Source: Octopus sinensis
Taxonomy: Eukaryota
Direction: 5' to 3'
Assembly (NCBI RefSeq): GCF_006345805.1
Contig: NW_021835463.1
Coordinates: 1-64,000, forward strand
DNA: 64,000 nucleotides
The first letter of the stretch is position 1. Every line of letters begins with the position of its first letter. Under the pieces are notes generated by a model. The model was not told the origin of the DNA. It did no database searches and was given only the letters and a program-made list of their open reading frames with translations. The position numbers and the translations under genes are program-made. This document shows, piece after piece, positions 11,201-22,100 of this stretch.

Positions 11201-14200
11201 CCATCCTGGAACACCACCTTGAAGAATTTTGGTTGAATGAATCATATTTTTTTAAAGTCTGGTACTTATTCTGTTGATTCTCAAGCAGTGATGGGGAACA
11301 GTTTCCATCTACCAAATCTACTCACAAGGCTTTAGACAGCTTGAGGTTATAGTCCAAGGTGCCATGTAGTGGGAATGAACTTGAAACCATGTGGTTGGAA
11401 ACCTTGTGGTTGGGAAACAAGCTTCTTACCACACAGTCACACCTGTGCCTAAACGTTATGTTCAATTTTTCTGCCTCAAAAAAGCACTGATAAAACATGC
11501 ATATGATTAAAAGTGTCTTGTGACCATCACTTTTGTTTCCCAGACACTGGGCACCCAAGACCAATGTGTCCCTTTCAAAACAATAAGGTCTGATTTGAAA
11601 ACAACTTGGCTGCTATTTCTAGAAAGCTGATTCCCTCAGATGGCCTATGACATGTAGGGATTTCTTCATTTGATTGTGACATGTTGGTATTTTAAGTAGG
11701 GTGAAGTATATGCATCAATTTCATTACAGGAATATTAGAAAAACCATGTTATAACATCAGTTGTAATTATGTGTAGAGTTCACACACAGAATTGTTGAAT
11801 CATGGATCAGTTCTTACGTCACAACACTGCATCCTTCAAATATATCTTGCTTCCTGAAATTCACCAACACAGTTCCTGATGTGCATCCTTTCCTCTTTAT
11901 CGTCCTTTTACTGTTCACTACATGTGTCTATGTACTATGCATGCGATTTTGGCTGTCATAGCTCTTTTTCTTGACTTAGACATTTCTTTCTGTTCCTTCT
12001 TTTACTATTTTCCTGATGAGTTGTGCATCTGAGCACTGTATAGCATATGCTCATTATTGCTATTATTATAATTATGTATCAAGACAACACCTTTCTCAAC
12101 TGCACACACAACACTTCTTTGTGCTTTGTAATTATACTCACATAATTATTTCAACGATATCCAAATATAAGAAAACCTTCCCACTCAAGATATATTGTGA
12201 AAATGGATGTGGAATAACCAAACCATTTTGCAGGCTATAAATCTAAAATGAAAACTCTACAAAGTGACTAAAAGCTATGAAGTGACTTAAACAGACGTTT
12301 TTTTCTTCTGTCATATATATTCCAGGAGTTGGCAACATATCAAGAAGTGCTGAGTTCAACTTTTACAATGACCCGGAAGCAGCAAGCATTGTTCTTAAGA
12401 AACTTTCTTGTCCAATAACACTGATAACATGGGAACTATGCGAAGATTTAAAGCAACCTTCAGTAAGTATCAGAAATTCAGGAATCAAATAATGGAAACG
12501 GATCTGTTGGTGCGGTTGTCAATTAGCTTCAGTTCTACTGCAGGGCATCTCAGGCAAAAACCTTCCACCACAGACTTCAGATGACCAATACTTTGTCCTT
12601 GTAAGTAGACGATGAGTGAATTTCTCAACCATGCAGCCATACCAGATTCATTCCTAAAGGATCCAACTCAGACCATTCCTATGAAGTCTATACCTCTACC
12701 ACCCTTAGACACACTTAGAAAAAAAAAAAATAATTTCAGCATATACAAGGTCTGATGAGCAAGTATCCAGACTGTTGCCATAGTAATGAAGCTAAAGCAT
12801 GCAGAGTGAAGCTGCATGGCAAAGATTGACCTTGAATTCTGCTGTGCATATGAGCACTGAGTTTTGATGTTCTCACTCACTTCTGCTGCTTACAGCAGTG
12901 CTTGGAAGGAAGGTATGTAGCGTGTGTTCGTCACATTGACCATGACAAAGAAAATTGACATGGCAATACCTGCTCAGAGGTCTACACAAAGTTGTAGAAA
13001 GCGTATGAGTTGCACACAAGTGTACAAGTGGTTCAGACGTTTCCAAGATGGCTGAAAAAATGTTGATATTGATGAATGCTCTGGGAGACCTGCAACCAGC
13101 AGAACTGAGAAAAATGTTGCAGATGTGTGTGTCGCTGTGAGGGGAAATTGTCAAATCACCATCCGTGAGTTATCAGAGGATGTGCAGATTATTTATGGTT
13201 CATTTCAGTCCATTATCAATGAAGATTTGAGTATGAGACGTGTGTCTGCCAAGTTTGTGCTACAACTACTTTCAGCTGACCAAAAAGACATTTGGGTTTT
13301 AGTTGCACAAGATCTCCTTGATTCTGCTGAGAATGATGAAAACTTTTTGAAAACTTTTGGCAAAATTTGATGCAGATTCTCTGCTTAACTTTCACATCCT
13401 ACACACCTTCCTTCCAAGCACTGCTGTAAACAATGGAAGTCATCGAGAATGTTAAAATTTGGTGCACATGCACTGCAGAGTTCAAGGTTAATCTGTACCA
13501 AGCGGCTTCACTCTGTGTGCTTTAGCTTTGTTACTATGGCAACAGTCCAGATACTTTTTGATCAGATCATGTATAGAATATACTCCTTATGTCTGTTGAT
13601 AGCTGACAAAACACTACATCCTTTAAATATTCCATACTTCCCAAAATTCACCAACACTACTCCTGACATGCCCATATACCCTTACCTTTTTATGGCTTTT
13701 TTACTGTTTACTTCTCCGTCTCATGTTTTATCCTGTGTGCTTTCCCTGTATTTCTCACTTCCATTGCTGTTTTTCTTTCTTTTTGCTTATGACTACTTTC
13801 TCTCCCCTCTTTTACCCTTTTTTACAACCGCTTTGTACAAAAATCTCATTTCTATTATCGTATTTGAATTTTCTTTTTATAGTCTTTTTTTGAAAAGCTG
13901 CTAATTCATCCTGGCAAGAAAACTGCTCTTATGCAAAAAGTCTTCAAAAATGCAATGAAACAGGCAGAGGCACGCCAACGTTATGCAGTAATGTGTGATG
14001 AACTAGCTATGGCAGCTATCGTGAACGATCAGTGTGTGTTAGACAGTGTGGAACTTTATGCAGAAGTAGAACTGAATGGATCTAAAACAAGAGGTCAAAT
14101 GGTACCAGATTGGACAAACATAACAGGCAAGCCAAGTAATGTTCAGATTGTGACAAAAATGGATCTGAACATTGTGGTAGACATCTTGAAGAAATGTTAT

Positions 14201-14209
14201 GATTTTTAA
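1213..14209 (+). CDS. Inosine/uridine-preferring nucleoside hydrolase family gene (6 coding exons, 337 aa): join(1213..1289,5675..5855,7905..8079,10941..11057,12326..12462,13883..14209)
   Basis: The spliced translation has the family motifs [11 protein letters not shown] (DxDxxxDD), [38 protein letters not shown] and [16 protein letters not shown]. All introns are GT..AG with matching phases 2,0,1,1,0. Total 1014 nt. Confidence 0.93.
1336..1422. repeat. (ATCT)n microsatellite
   Basis: About 21 perfect copies; explains the SIYL ORFs. Confidence 0.98.
2058..2296. mobile_element. MITE-like element with 45-bp inverted repeats
   Basis: 2058-2102 and 2252-2296 are reverse complements with 3 mismatches; AT-rich core. 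Confidence 0.75.
2495..2880. repeat. Tandem copies of a ~160-bp dispersed repeat (CCTCGGAAAATTCACAAGATCCGAG family)
   Basis: About 2.5 copies here; related copies at ~3200, ~3850, ~23670-23860, ~24770-25240, ~25680-25790 and ~26400-26580. Confidence 0.8.
3181..4480. repeat. Near-perfect 647-bp tandem duplication bounded by (CA)n
   Basis: TACTGTTATGAGGG at 3191 and 3838; apart from (CA)n length, only one indel seen between copies. Confidence 0.95.
5675..5855 (+). CDS. Nucleoside hydrolase exon 2 ([22 protein letters not shown]...ANRQD)
   Basis: Polypyrimidine tract + CAG at 5672-5674; donor GTAAGT at 5856; contains the DxDxxxDD Ca2+-binding motif. Confidence 0.95.
7905..8079 (+). CDS. Nucleoside hydrolase exon 3 (IPVFQG...HGKDGLGD...NQNP)
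   Basis: TTTCAG acceptor, GTAAAT donor, phase 0 to 1; family motif HGxDGLG. Confidence 0.95.
8100..8295. repeat. (CCA)n/(CAT)n trinucleotide microsatellite in intron 3
   Basis: Directly visible; source of the poly-His/Asp/Met ORFs. Confidence 0.95.
8485..9705. mobile_element. Non-autonomous Tc1/mariner-superfamily (pogo/Tc2-like) element with nested SINE
   Basis: Ends TA-CTGTAGAACCCATG and CATGGGTTTTTACGG-TA are imperfect TIRs flanked by TA. Confidence 0.65.
8686..9080 (-). mobile_element. Full-length tRNA-derived SINE (octopus type)
   Basis: Minus-strand head with A-box-like TGGCTGTGTGG and B-box-like GGTTCAGTCCC, internal (TA/CA)n, AAAAGAGT tail. Other copies or fragments at ~1-45, 4520-4630, 11160-11450, 19525-19693 (+), 25320-25440, 36690-37105, 42400-42680 and 45190-45520. 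Confidence 0.85.
10665..10834. repeat. Perfect 75-bp inverted repeat with 20-nt loop
   Basis: 10665-10739 is the exact reverse complement of 10760-10834. Confidence 0.95.
10941..11057 (+). CDS. Nucleoside hydrolase exon 4 ([12 protein letters not shown]...MGGNYK)
   Basis: TTTTCAG acceptor, GTAATC donor, phase 1 to 1. Confidence 0.95.
12326..12462 (+). CDS. Nucleoside hydrolase exon 5 ([19 protein letters not shown]...KQPS)
   Basis: TCCAG acceptor, GTAAGT donor at 12463, phase 1 to 0. Confidence 0.95.
12746..13571 (+). mobile_element. Internally deleted mariner derivative with ~180-bp inverted arms
   Basis: Both ends flanked by TA; the arms are degenerate reverse complements. Internal mariner transposase N-terminal remnant ([35 protein letters not shown]). 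Confidence 0.88.
13883..14209 (+). CDS. Nucleoside hydrolase terminal exon 6a (SFFEKLL...MCDEL...KKCYDF*)
   Basis: TTTTATAG acceptor at 13881-13882, phase 0, open to TAA at 14207-14209. Confidence 0.9.
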   Translation, partial: SFFEKLLIHPGKKTALMQKVFKNAMKQAEARQRYAVMCDELAMAAIVNDQCVLDSVELYAEVELNGSKTRGQMVPDWTNITGKPSNVQIVTKMDLNIVVDILKKCYDF

Positions 14210-14439
14210 ACCACAAACACTATACATGCATGCATACCCTTCTGATGTTACGTGACGATTATATACAATGACATTGTCATACAAATGGTCTCTTACATTT
14301 CCAGTTTTCTGGGAAAACATGAATCTCATTGTTCTGATGCAAGCATGGAAGAGTGAACTTTATGATGATGATGATGTTGATACATTGAAACAAGTGTGTG
14401 TGTGTGTGTGCATATGTTCCTTATGCATTCTAAAACCGA

Positions 14440-14683
14440 GTTGCCAATTTTGATGTATGGGGTATCAAAAGATTCAGTACTATTTCCACTACCAACTAAA
14501 CTTTATGTTCATTGACATATTTCCATTACAAAAACTTAAAATTATAATCTTTTCCATAACTCAAATATCGGAAATATTTTATACAACGACGATGACGTCA
14601 CATTTTCTATATGAGTGTCTACCTTAAAAGGCATCCATCATTACGACACACACCTCCATTCACTCACTCTATCTCTCTCTCTT

Positions 14684-14714
<31 letters not shown>

Positions 14715-14720
14715 AATCCA
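14440..14720. repeat. Interspersed repeat; inverted copy at ~22860-23120
   Basis: GGGGTATCAAAAGATTCAGTACTATTTCCACTA here versus AGTGGAAATAGTACTGAATCTTTTGCTACCCC at ~23075-23110. Confidence 0.75.
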
Positions 14721-16149
14721 TTTCATATACATGTACATACATCTTTCACCTCATTTCCTCCACTCTCTGCTCTCTCTCTCCCCTTTTCACTTTCGCTTTT
14801 CTTTCAATTTCTGCTCTCTTCAAGCTTAAAGAAATTAATTTTTACAGAATGACCAAGTGAAACACAGAATGAGAAAAAGATAGAGACACAAGAGAAAGAA
14901 ACAGAGACAGGAAACAAGTTTCTATAGAAGTTGAAAGATGGGTGAAAGGGAGATGCTGGTGTTTCATACCCTATGTATGTTCTATTGTTGTAAGTGAAAG
15001 AAAGCCAGCACAAAATTGATACTGTATGTTCTATAGGTGAAGGTGAAAGAAAGCGACACAAAGAGAGGGGGAAAGCAGGAGAAAAGGAGTAGCCAAACCC
15101 CCAGAAATGAGGTCATGTCGTACAATTTTAAGGTCATTTTCACTTTCGTCCTATGTTTCCCACATGCATAGAATTTGGCATTATCTTTGTCTTTCAATTT
15201 CTCATTAAAATGTACGGAGACCTTCTGCTGTTAACATATTACAACTACACTACTTTTTCTTCCTTTAGAATTACAAAAGGTATGCAAAAGTAACTTCCTT
15301 TGGCACACAGTTAAAGTTCTGTATGAATTATGTTATTTTTTGCTGTGCAATAAATTACAGCTCAAATTCTATGGAAATTACCTTTTCCTATTCTATCATT
15401 CCTGTTTGTGATGTGCATATTCCAAAACCTGATTTTCCATTTAAACATACAAGCAGGTTATCTCAGAAATCCTGTCCTTTACCTGTTGTTTCTAGCATGT
15501 CTGAGATGACATTTGCATACCCCCACCCCCACCACCATTTACTTATTTCTTTCTTCAATTTACCTACATTTCTGTTTTCCATACAGGAGATTTCAATTTC
15601 GCCTGAAAGCAGGTAGCTGATGGGTGACCGAGGTAGGGGAAGGGGCATTTAATATTTCTTTCAGAAAAATTAAATTTTCAAAAACAAATTATATTTCCCA
15701 CATTCGTAATCTCTGTATTTTATCACTTGCATAAAAAAACAAAATTCGAAAAACAGTTCAAAATTAGGAAATTTCGATGGGGAGGGGGGAAATTATAATT
15801 TTGAAAACATGATTTCTGGCCAAAATCATATTAACCCCTTTTTACTCCATGAAACAATACATAGTTTGTGATCCTTCTTGAGAACACAAATCACTTTCAT
15901 GCAAATTGTAACCCTCCCCGCCCCCACTTCACTTCTGGACAAACAATAACTTCCATTAAGCCAGTAATCCACTCCACTATATATCAACTAACAGAATGCA
16001 TTATGCTTATCAAGACAGAGTAAAGCCAGATCATTCACAGTTTACCGCTTCTTCTCATAAATAGCAGCATACAAATTGACATATTAATTTTTGCATATCT
16101 TTTCATTTGTTACTAAAAAATCAAATTATACAATGCACAACTTCAAATT

Positions 16150-17786
16150 GCTATGTCTTCCATTTTATATGTTCCTTAATTGTTCACTCTTTTCAGCCAT
16201 GCTGCCAAAATGAAGACATTCTCATTTATCTCCTCAAACAAGGGCCACAAAGAAAACTGCCTCTATTTGTGCTCAGGAAAACTCACTTCAGCGATGCCCA
16301 AATATGTAATATTTCAAAACGATCACTGACGGCAGAGATTTTGCTCTAAATTACACTTATTGACTGGGATGAATGCATAATGGCACACCATGATGCACTA
16401 GAAGCCCTAGATAAGCCGCTAAGGGATATTAGAAACAATACTGCCATTATAGGGGTGGGGGGCTTAACTGTTGTTCTTGCAGGGGATTTCAAATATTACC
16501 AGTCATACTACAGGGTACACGAGCTGATGGCATCCATGTGTGTCTGAAGTTTTCACCTCTGTGGAGGTTTGTTTGTCAGCTTTCATTAAGCAGCAATATG
16601 TGAGCTCACCTCTACAATGACCCCTTAGCTGAGGAATTCTTTCATCAACATAGACAAATTTGAATTGGTGCCTTACCATTGAATAACATCTTGCAACAGC
16701 ATGTGCTGCAATATGGGCACATGGTGTCTACATTGGCTGAGCTTAAAGAAAATGTATTTCTCACATTGCAACACAACTTCAAAAACATAGCATGGTTCAC
16801 AAATAGAGCTATTTTAACACCTTGAAATGAAAGCATTGATAAAATAATCCATGAACTCCCCCACATTCTACCTGGAGATGCTTCAACGTTTGTTTCCATT
16901 GATACTACCATAAATGAACATGCCACTGTTGAGCATCCAGTTGAATTTCTCTCTCTCTACAACCCACAGGACTGCCACTGCATTAGTTGTTCCTAAAGAA
17001 AGGTGCACCTATCATGCTCTTGAGGAATTTCGATCCACCACAACTATGCAATGGTACAAGATTGACTGTATCTCCAATGACAAGTCATGTCCTACAAGCA
17101 ACCATTATTGCTGGCTGTCATCGAGAAGAGATTGCATACATTCCATGCATGCTCCTCATTCCTTCAAATGTGCCATTTCAGTTCAAGTGCCTCCAGTTCC
17201 TGGCGCGATTATGCTTCGCTATGACAATCAACAAAGCCCAGGATCAAACTTTAAAAATTATGGGTCTCAATTTACAACTACCCTGCTTTTCTCATGGACA
17301 ACTATATGTCACATGCTCACAAGTTAGCAGTGCAGATGACTTGTTCATTTATTCTCTCAATACTTGGCTTATGCAAAACATAGTTTACCCAGAAGCATTT
17401 CACTTAACACATGTTGAAGTGTGCTGTCTGCCCAAACATTAGAGATGATGCTTTTCACAATGAAGCAGCTTTCTTTCCATGTACCTTACTTTCTGCAATG
17501 CAGATACCTATACATCCTCATACGTCATCCAATTCTTTAAATCCGTAAGTGTAAGTCATTTTGAGGGCAATATTAGGATTTCATTCTAATTTAAGCTGCC
17601 ATTCTACATGTTTTTGGTGTCAACAATTTCAGCATTGTTCTTCACAAAATGACCGAAAAACAAGTTTATAAAGAAGAGTTGTTTGTTTCACATTCCTTGA
17701 GTGCTGATTCTGCCCATAAGAAAGAAACAAATAATACAATGTGGCTGTAAGTCATAACATCCAGGCAACACCGGGATGCATTGCTA

Positions 17787-17787
<1 letters not shown>
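16150..17787 (+). mobile_element. Helitron remnant: PIF1 helicase pseudogene plus 3' terminus
   Basis: Motifs WDECIMAH, VLAGDF, KGAPIMLLRN..LCNGTRL, FAMTINKAQDQTL, FSHGQLYV, with frameshifts. Hairpin ATCCAGGCAACACCGGGAT followed by CTAG|T at 17784-17788. Confidence 0.88.
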
Positions 17788-17826
<39 letters not shown>

Positions 17827-18172
17827 ATGAAAATCATTTTAGCATTTATGACTTATGAAAAAATTTCTATACACTCAGAATTATGAAAGCTGTCAGGACA
17901 CTACACAAGCCTCAAAGATTCCATGCTTCCCAAAATTCACCAACACTACTCCTGACATACCCATATACCCTTTCTTTTTATGGCTTTTTTACTGTTTATT
18001 TTTCAGGCTTTTTGTGTTGTATCTTGTGTGCAAACCATGTATTTGTTACTTTCTTTGCTGTCTTTGACTCATGGCTGCCCTCAGTCCTCTCTTTTACTCT
18101 TTCTTGACCGCTTGTAGTGCACTTCATGCAAAGAAGCTCATTTCTGTTATCTCTTTCGAATTTTTTTTTCAG

Positions 18173-18496
18173 TCTTTTCTTAAGAATCAGCTATCACTTC
18201 CTGGCAAGAAAGCTGCCTTTATGCAAAAAATCTACAAAAGTACAATGGAACGGATAGACAAAGACCAAAGCTATATATTGTGTGATGAACTAACTGTGGC
18301 TGCTATCATGAACGATCAGTGTGTGTTAGACAGTGTGGAACTTTATGCGGAAGTAGAACTAGATGGATCTATAACAAGAGGTCAAATGGTACCAGACTGG
18401 AGAAACAGAATGGGCAAAGCAAGCAATGTTCGGATTGTGACAAAAATGGATATGAACATTGTAGTAGACATCTTGAAGAAATGTTATGATTTTTGA
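18173..18496 (+). CDS. Duplicated terminal exon 6b (SFLKNQL...LCDEL...KKCYDF*), candidate alternative last exon
   Basis: TTTTTCAG acceptor at 18171-18172, phase 0, no stops or frameshifts, 75/108 aa identical to 6a. Flanking intron and 3' UTR are also homologous; AATAAA at 18784. Confidence 0.85.
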   Translation, partial: SFLKNQLSLPGKKAAFMQKIYKSTMERIDKDQSYILCDELTVAAIMNDQCVLDSVELYAEVELDGSITRGQMVPDWRNRMGKASNVRIVTKMDMNIVVDILKKCYDF

Positions 18497-18783
18497 ATCA
18501 CAGACATTATACGTGTGTGTGTAACCTTCTCCTGATGACACATGACAGTTGTAAATAGCATTGTCATACAGGTGGTGTCTTTCATTTCCAGTCTTCTGTG
18601 AAAACATGTCTGATCATGGAGAAATTATTACCTTGCTCGGAGACAGGTGAGAGTTAAGCATTTGAAAGGCATCCAGCCATAGAAACTTTGTCTCAATGAA
18701 TCCCATTGAACTCATGGAAGCATGGAGAAGCAGACATTATAATGATGATGATACATTGAAACAAGTGTGTGTGTTTGTGTGGG

Positions 18784-18789
18784 AATAAA
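18784..18789 (+). terminator. Poly(A) signal downstream of exon 6b
   Basis: AATAAA about 290 nt after the stop codon. Confidence 0.55.
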
Positions 18790-18820
18790 ATGGAAAATGT
18801 TAAAAGATTTGGTCTGAAAT

Positions 18821-18837
18821 TTTATTTAATTTTTATT
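18821..18837 (-). terminator. Two poly(A) signals for the convergent minus-strand gene
   Basis: TTTATT occurs twice on the + strand, about 320 nt past the minus-strand stop. Confidence 0.5.
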
Positions 18838-19157
18838 TTAAAATATATTGGAGAATTCATATTGGTGGCCAAGGCTCTTAAAAGCCCAGTCCTCCATATA
18901 TGTATCTAGGGTAGGTAGGTAATGTAAAAATGTAAAATTCATTTCCAGAAGCAGCATTGGAAGCACTGTCAAATTAAATATTTTGCAAGATTTTAAAGAA
19001 ACCAGGGTTTCATCTCTTCCCGTGGATTTAATTTCTAGAGGAATGGATTCTGTCAATTTGATATTCTCTAGTTACAGAGCATGAGGGTCTCCAGAAACTA
19101 GGTGATGACGTTCAATCTAGCAATGATTAAGTCCACCAACAAATAATTACTTTTGAT

Positions 19158-22100
19158 TTATGCTCCAAGATATTCCAGCCATGGCTGTCCCATTTTTAAT
19201 TCAGGCACAATTTTTGTTGGCCTGTATTGTTTAATGTGTTGTTCTTGTTTTGTAAATTGTAAGATGTGATGAGATGGAGATTTGACAGCTACTTCTAGCA
19301 GGTCATGCAACCACACTGCAACACTGGAGTTCTCATCTCTGAATGTAGAGGAAATTGGTGAAGCAAGTAAAGGATTAGATGAATCATTCAAGAAACAGCG
19401 GTCCAAATCTAATAATGGTTTTACATTTTGAGAGAAAATCTAAAATGGAAACCCACAGATTACTGAAGCATTGTGTTCCTTAAAATCTTGTCATAATGTG
19501 GAATTCCATAATGCATCATTTCAACAGCTAAGACACAGGAGTGGTTGTGTGATAAGTAGCTTGCTTACCAACCACATGGTTCCAGGTTCAGCCCCACTGG
19601 GTGGCACCTTGGGCAAGTGTCTTCTACTATAACCTCGGGCCGACCAAAGCCTTGTAAGTGGATTTGGTAGACAGAAACTGAAAGAAGCTCGTCAGGAGTT
19701 ACAACTCGTCAGGATCCAGTTAGCTCAAGACATCATCAGGAGGAACCACGTCCGGTTTCGGCCCCTACTCCTCTACCGTTTTGACGTGGCGGTCCCCCCC
19801 CCACTTTCGGAGGTGTCTTCAGCTCTGGTGTTGGGTGCATGTCTTCTTTCTTCTTCTTTCTTCTGTTCCCTGGCCTCTTCAATGTATCGTCAGCGAGTGT
19901 CAGCCAGTGACTGACTGTCTTGTCAAATTTCTCCCTTTAAATACCTGCCACATAGGCTCCTGCAGGCAGCCCCAGCAAGTTGTCACGTGACACTGTCTCA
20001 CCTTAACTGACTAGTGAAGGCGGGTAGTTTTAGCCTGCTCTTTTTCTAAACGACCGTCACCTGTCAGTCAGCGAAGCTGATTCAGTCAGCTTGTCTCACC
20101 TAATGATATTATTTCCCGTCGGCGTGTTTATGACTTTCAAGCCATTTTCGGTCTTCCCGCTTAAGCCATATATAGAAGCTGGCTTTTTCAACCGCCTCCT
20201 GTACTCTCCTTATTAGTTTATGCAGCTCGGGGCTAGAAAAAACAAATCTTCTTTTGAAAAGCGTTGTCATTTTCTTTTCAATGAAGCCTCTAGCCCCCAC
20301 TGATAATATTCGACATTCCATCCCTGTTCTCTGCATTCTTCGATTAGCTTTTCATACCTCTTCTCCTTTCGTTCCTCTGCATTGCCGATGTTCTCTTCCC
20401 AAGGTACTGTCAGTTCTAGTAAAATTCCCATTTTCCGGTCTCTGTTCCATTGAACTAAATCCGGTCTTTTTGTTGTTTTTATTAGTGGAAATACTACTTG
20501 TCTTTCCAAGTCTGTGGCCACCTCCCAGTATCCCTTCCATCTTTCGTCTATCTCGTATACTTTACTTGTAGGCCTGGTTTTATAACCTTTTCCCTCCTTG
20601 TGGAAGTATACTTTCCTGCGCTTTTCTACTTTTGGGTACTCTCCCTTATTGTACCTCTCAATCTTCTCCTTGAGTGCTGCGCTTATGACACCGAGGACTT
20701 GATTATGCCGCCATGTATATCTTTCAAGTGCTAGTCTGCAACCTGACAGAACATGTCTAACCATTGCTTTCTCTCCGCATCTACACTCATCGGTTTTGTT
20801 TATGTTCCACCGGACTAAGTTCGCTGGTGAGGGTAGAACGTCGAAGGTAGACTTGATCAGGAAGGATGTCCTTGCTTGTTCCCAAGCCCAAAGTTCCTTC
20901 CATGATATTCTGCGGTTGATCACATATTCCTCCCATCTCAGGCACTGTCCCTGTTGACTGCATTGCACCAAATGTACATTTCGCCTTTCTTCTTCCTCCT
21001 TTCTCACTTCGTATACCACTGCCTCTTTCATCTCTTTTACACTGCTCTTGCAAAATGGCTTGAAATTTTGTGACCCTAGGCCGGTTCTAGCTTCTTGTGT
21101 CACTCCGACTATCTGCGTGCTTTAGTTTTCCGATCGCCCTGTTTACTGCCTCTTCCGCCTTCCATTTCCTCCCTGTTCGTACCTTTGGTGGATTTTCCCG
21201 GATGCTCTGATCTTTTGAATACCTTAGCATCATTACTGCCCTTGCCTTTCCTGCCTTATATTCTTTGGTGATTGATGTTATTAGTAGTTGCAGCATGGGT
21301 TTTCCATATAGTGCAGTTGTATTCAGTGGTTTCGGCAGACCAGGCCATTTTCTGATAAACACACTGCATCATTGCTCCATCCTTTCTACTCTACTCGAGG
21401 CTATTTTGTACATTTGCAATGGCCACATTATTCTTGGGTACAGCCCAAATTGCAGTATTCAACATTTGAATTTTCCCGGCAGCGTTGTTCTGTCAATTGC
21501 CTTTAATCCTTGTTCCACTAACTCGTGTGTTTCTTTCCCTTGCTACTTATCATTTAATAAATCTCTATACCATCTGCCGAGACTCTTTACTGGTTGTTCT
21601 TTCACCGTTGGCATGTCTTCACTTCCTATCCTGAATTTCACTTCTTCTTGCCTTCCTTTCACGAAAGCCACACTTCGAGATTTTTTGGCTTTGAATTTCA
21701 TCCTTGCCCATCCTATCAGTTCGTCCAACTGCTCTAATGTTCCCTCTGCTGCTTCTCTACTTTCTGATAATATAGTTACGCCGTCCATAAAAGCCCTTAA
21801 TGGTGTCTTTGTAACAGCTTTCTCACAGTTTGTAGATCTGAGTAGCATTTTCATGACTAGCACTAATAAGATGACTGATATGGTGCATCCGACTGCAATA
21901 CTTATTTCAAGCTGTTGCCACTCCGTTGTGAACTTTCCTGCTGTAAATCTCATCTTCAGGTTGTCGTAGTACAACATGAGCATTCGTTGAACATCTTTGG
22001 AATCCAAACGAAGTCCATCGCTGTTTTTATTATTGTGTGCAGAACAGATCCATAAGCATTGGCAAGATCTAGCCAAACAATAAATAGGTTTTTCTTCATT

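Noticed and set aside
15240-15630. Short AG..GT segments (near 15270 and 15590-15615) as micro-exons
   Set aside because: Downstream of the 6a stop, no recognisable product, and expected by chance.
18173-18496. Exon 6b as the end of a separate full paralogue
   Set aside because: No copies of exons 2-5 between 14209 and 18173; that interval is repeats and Helitron.
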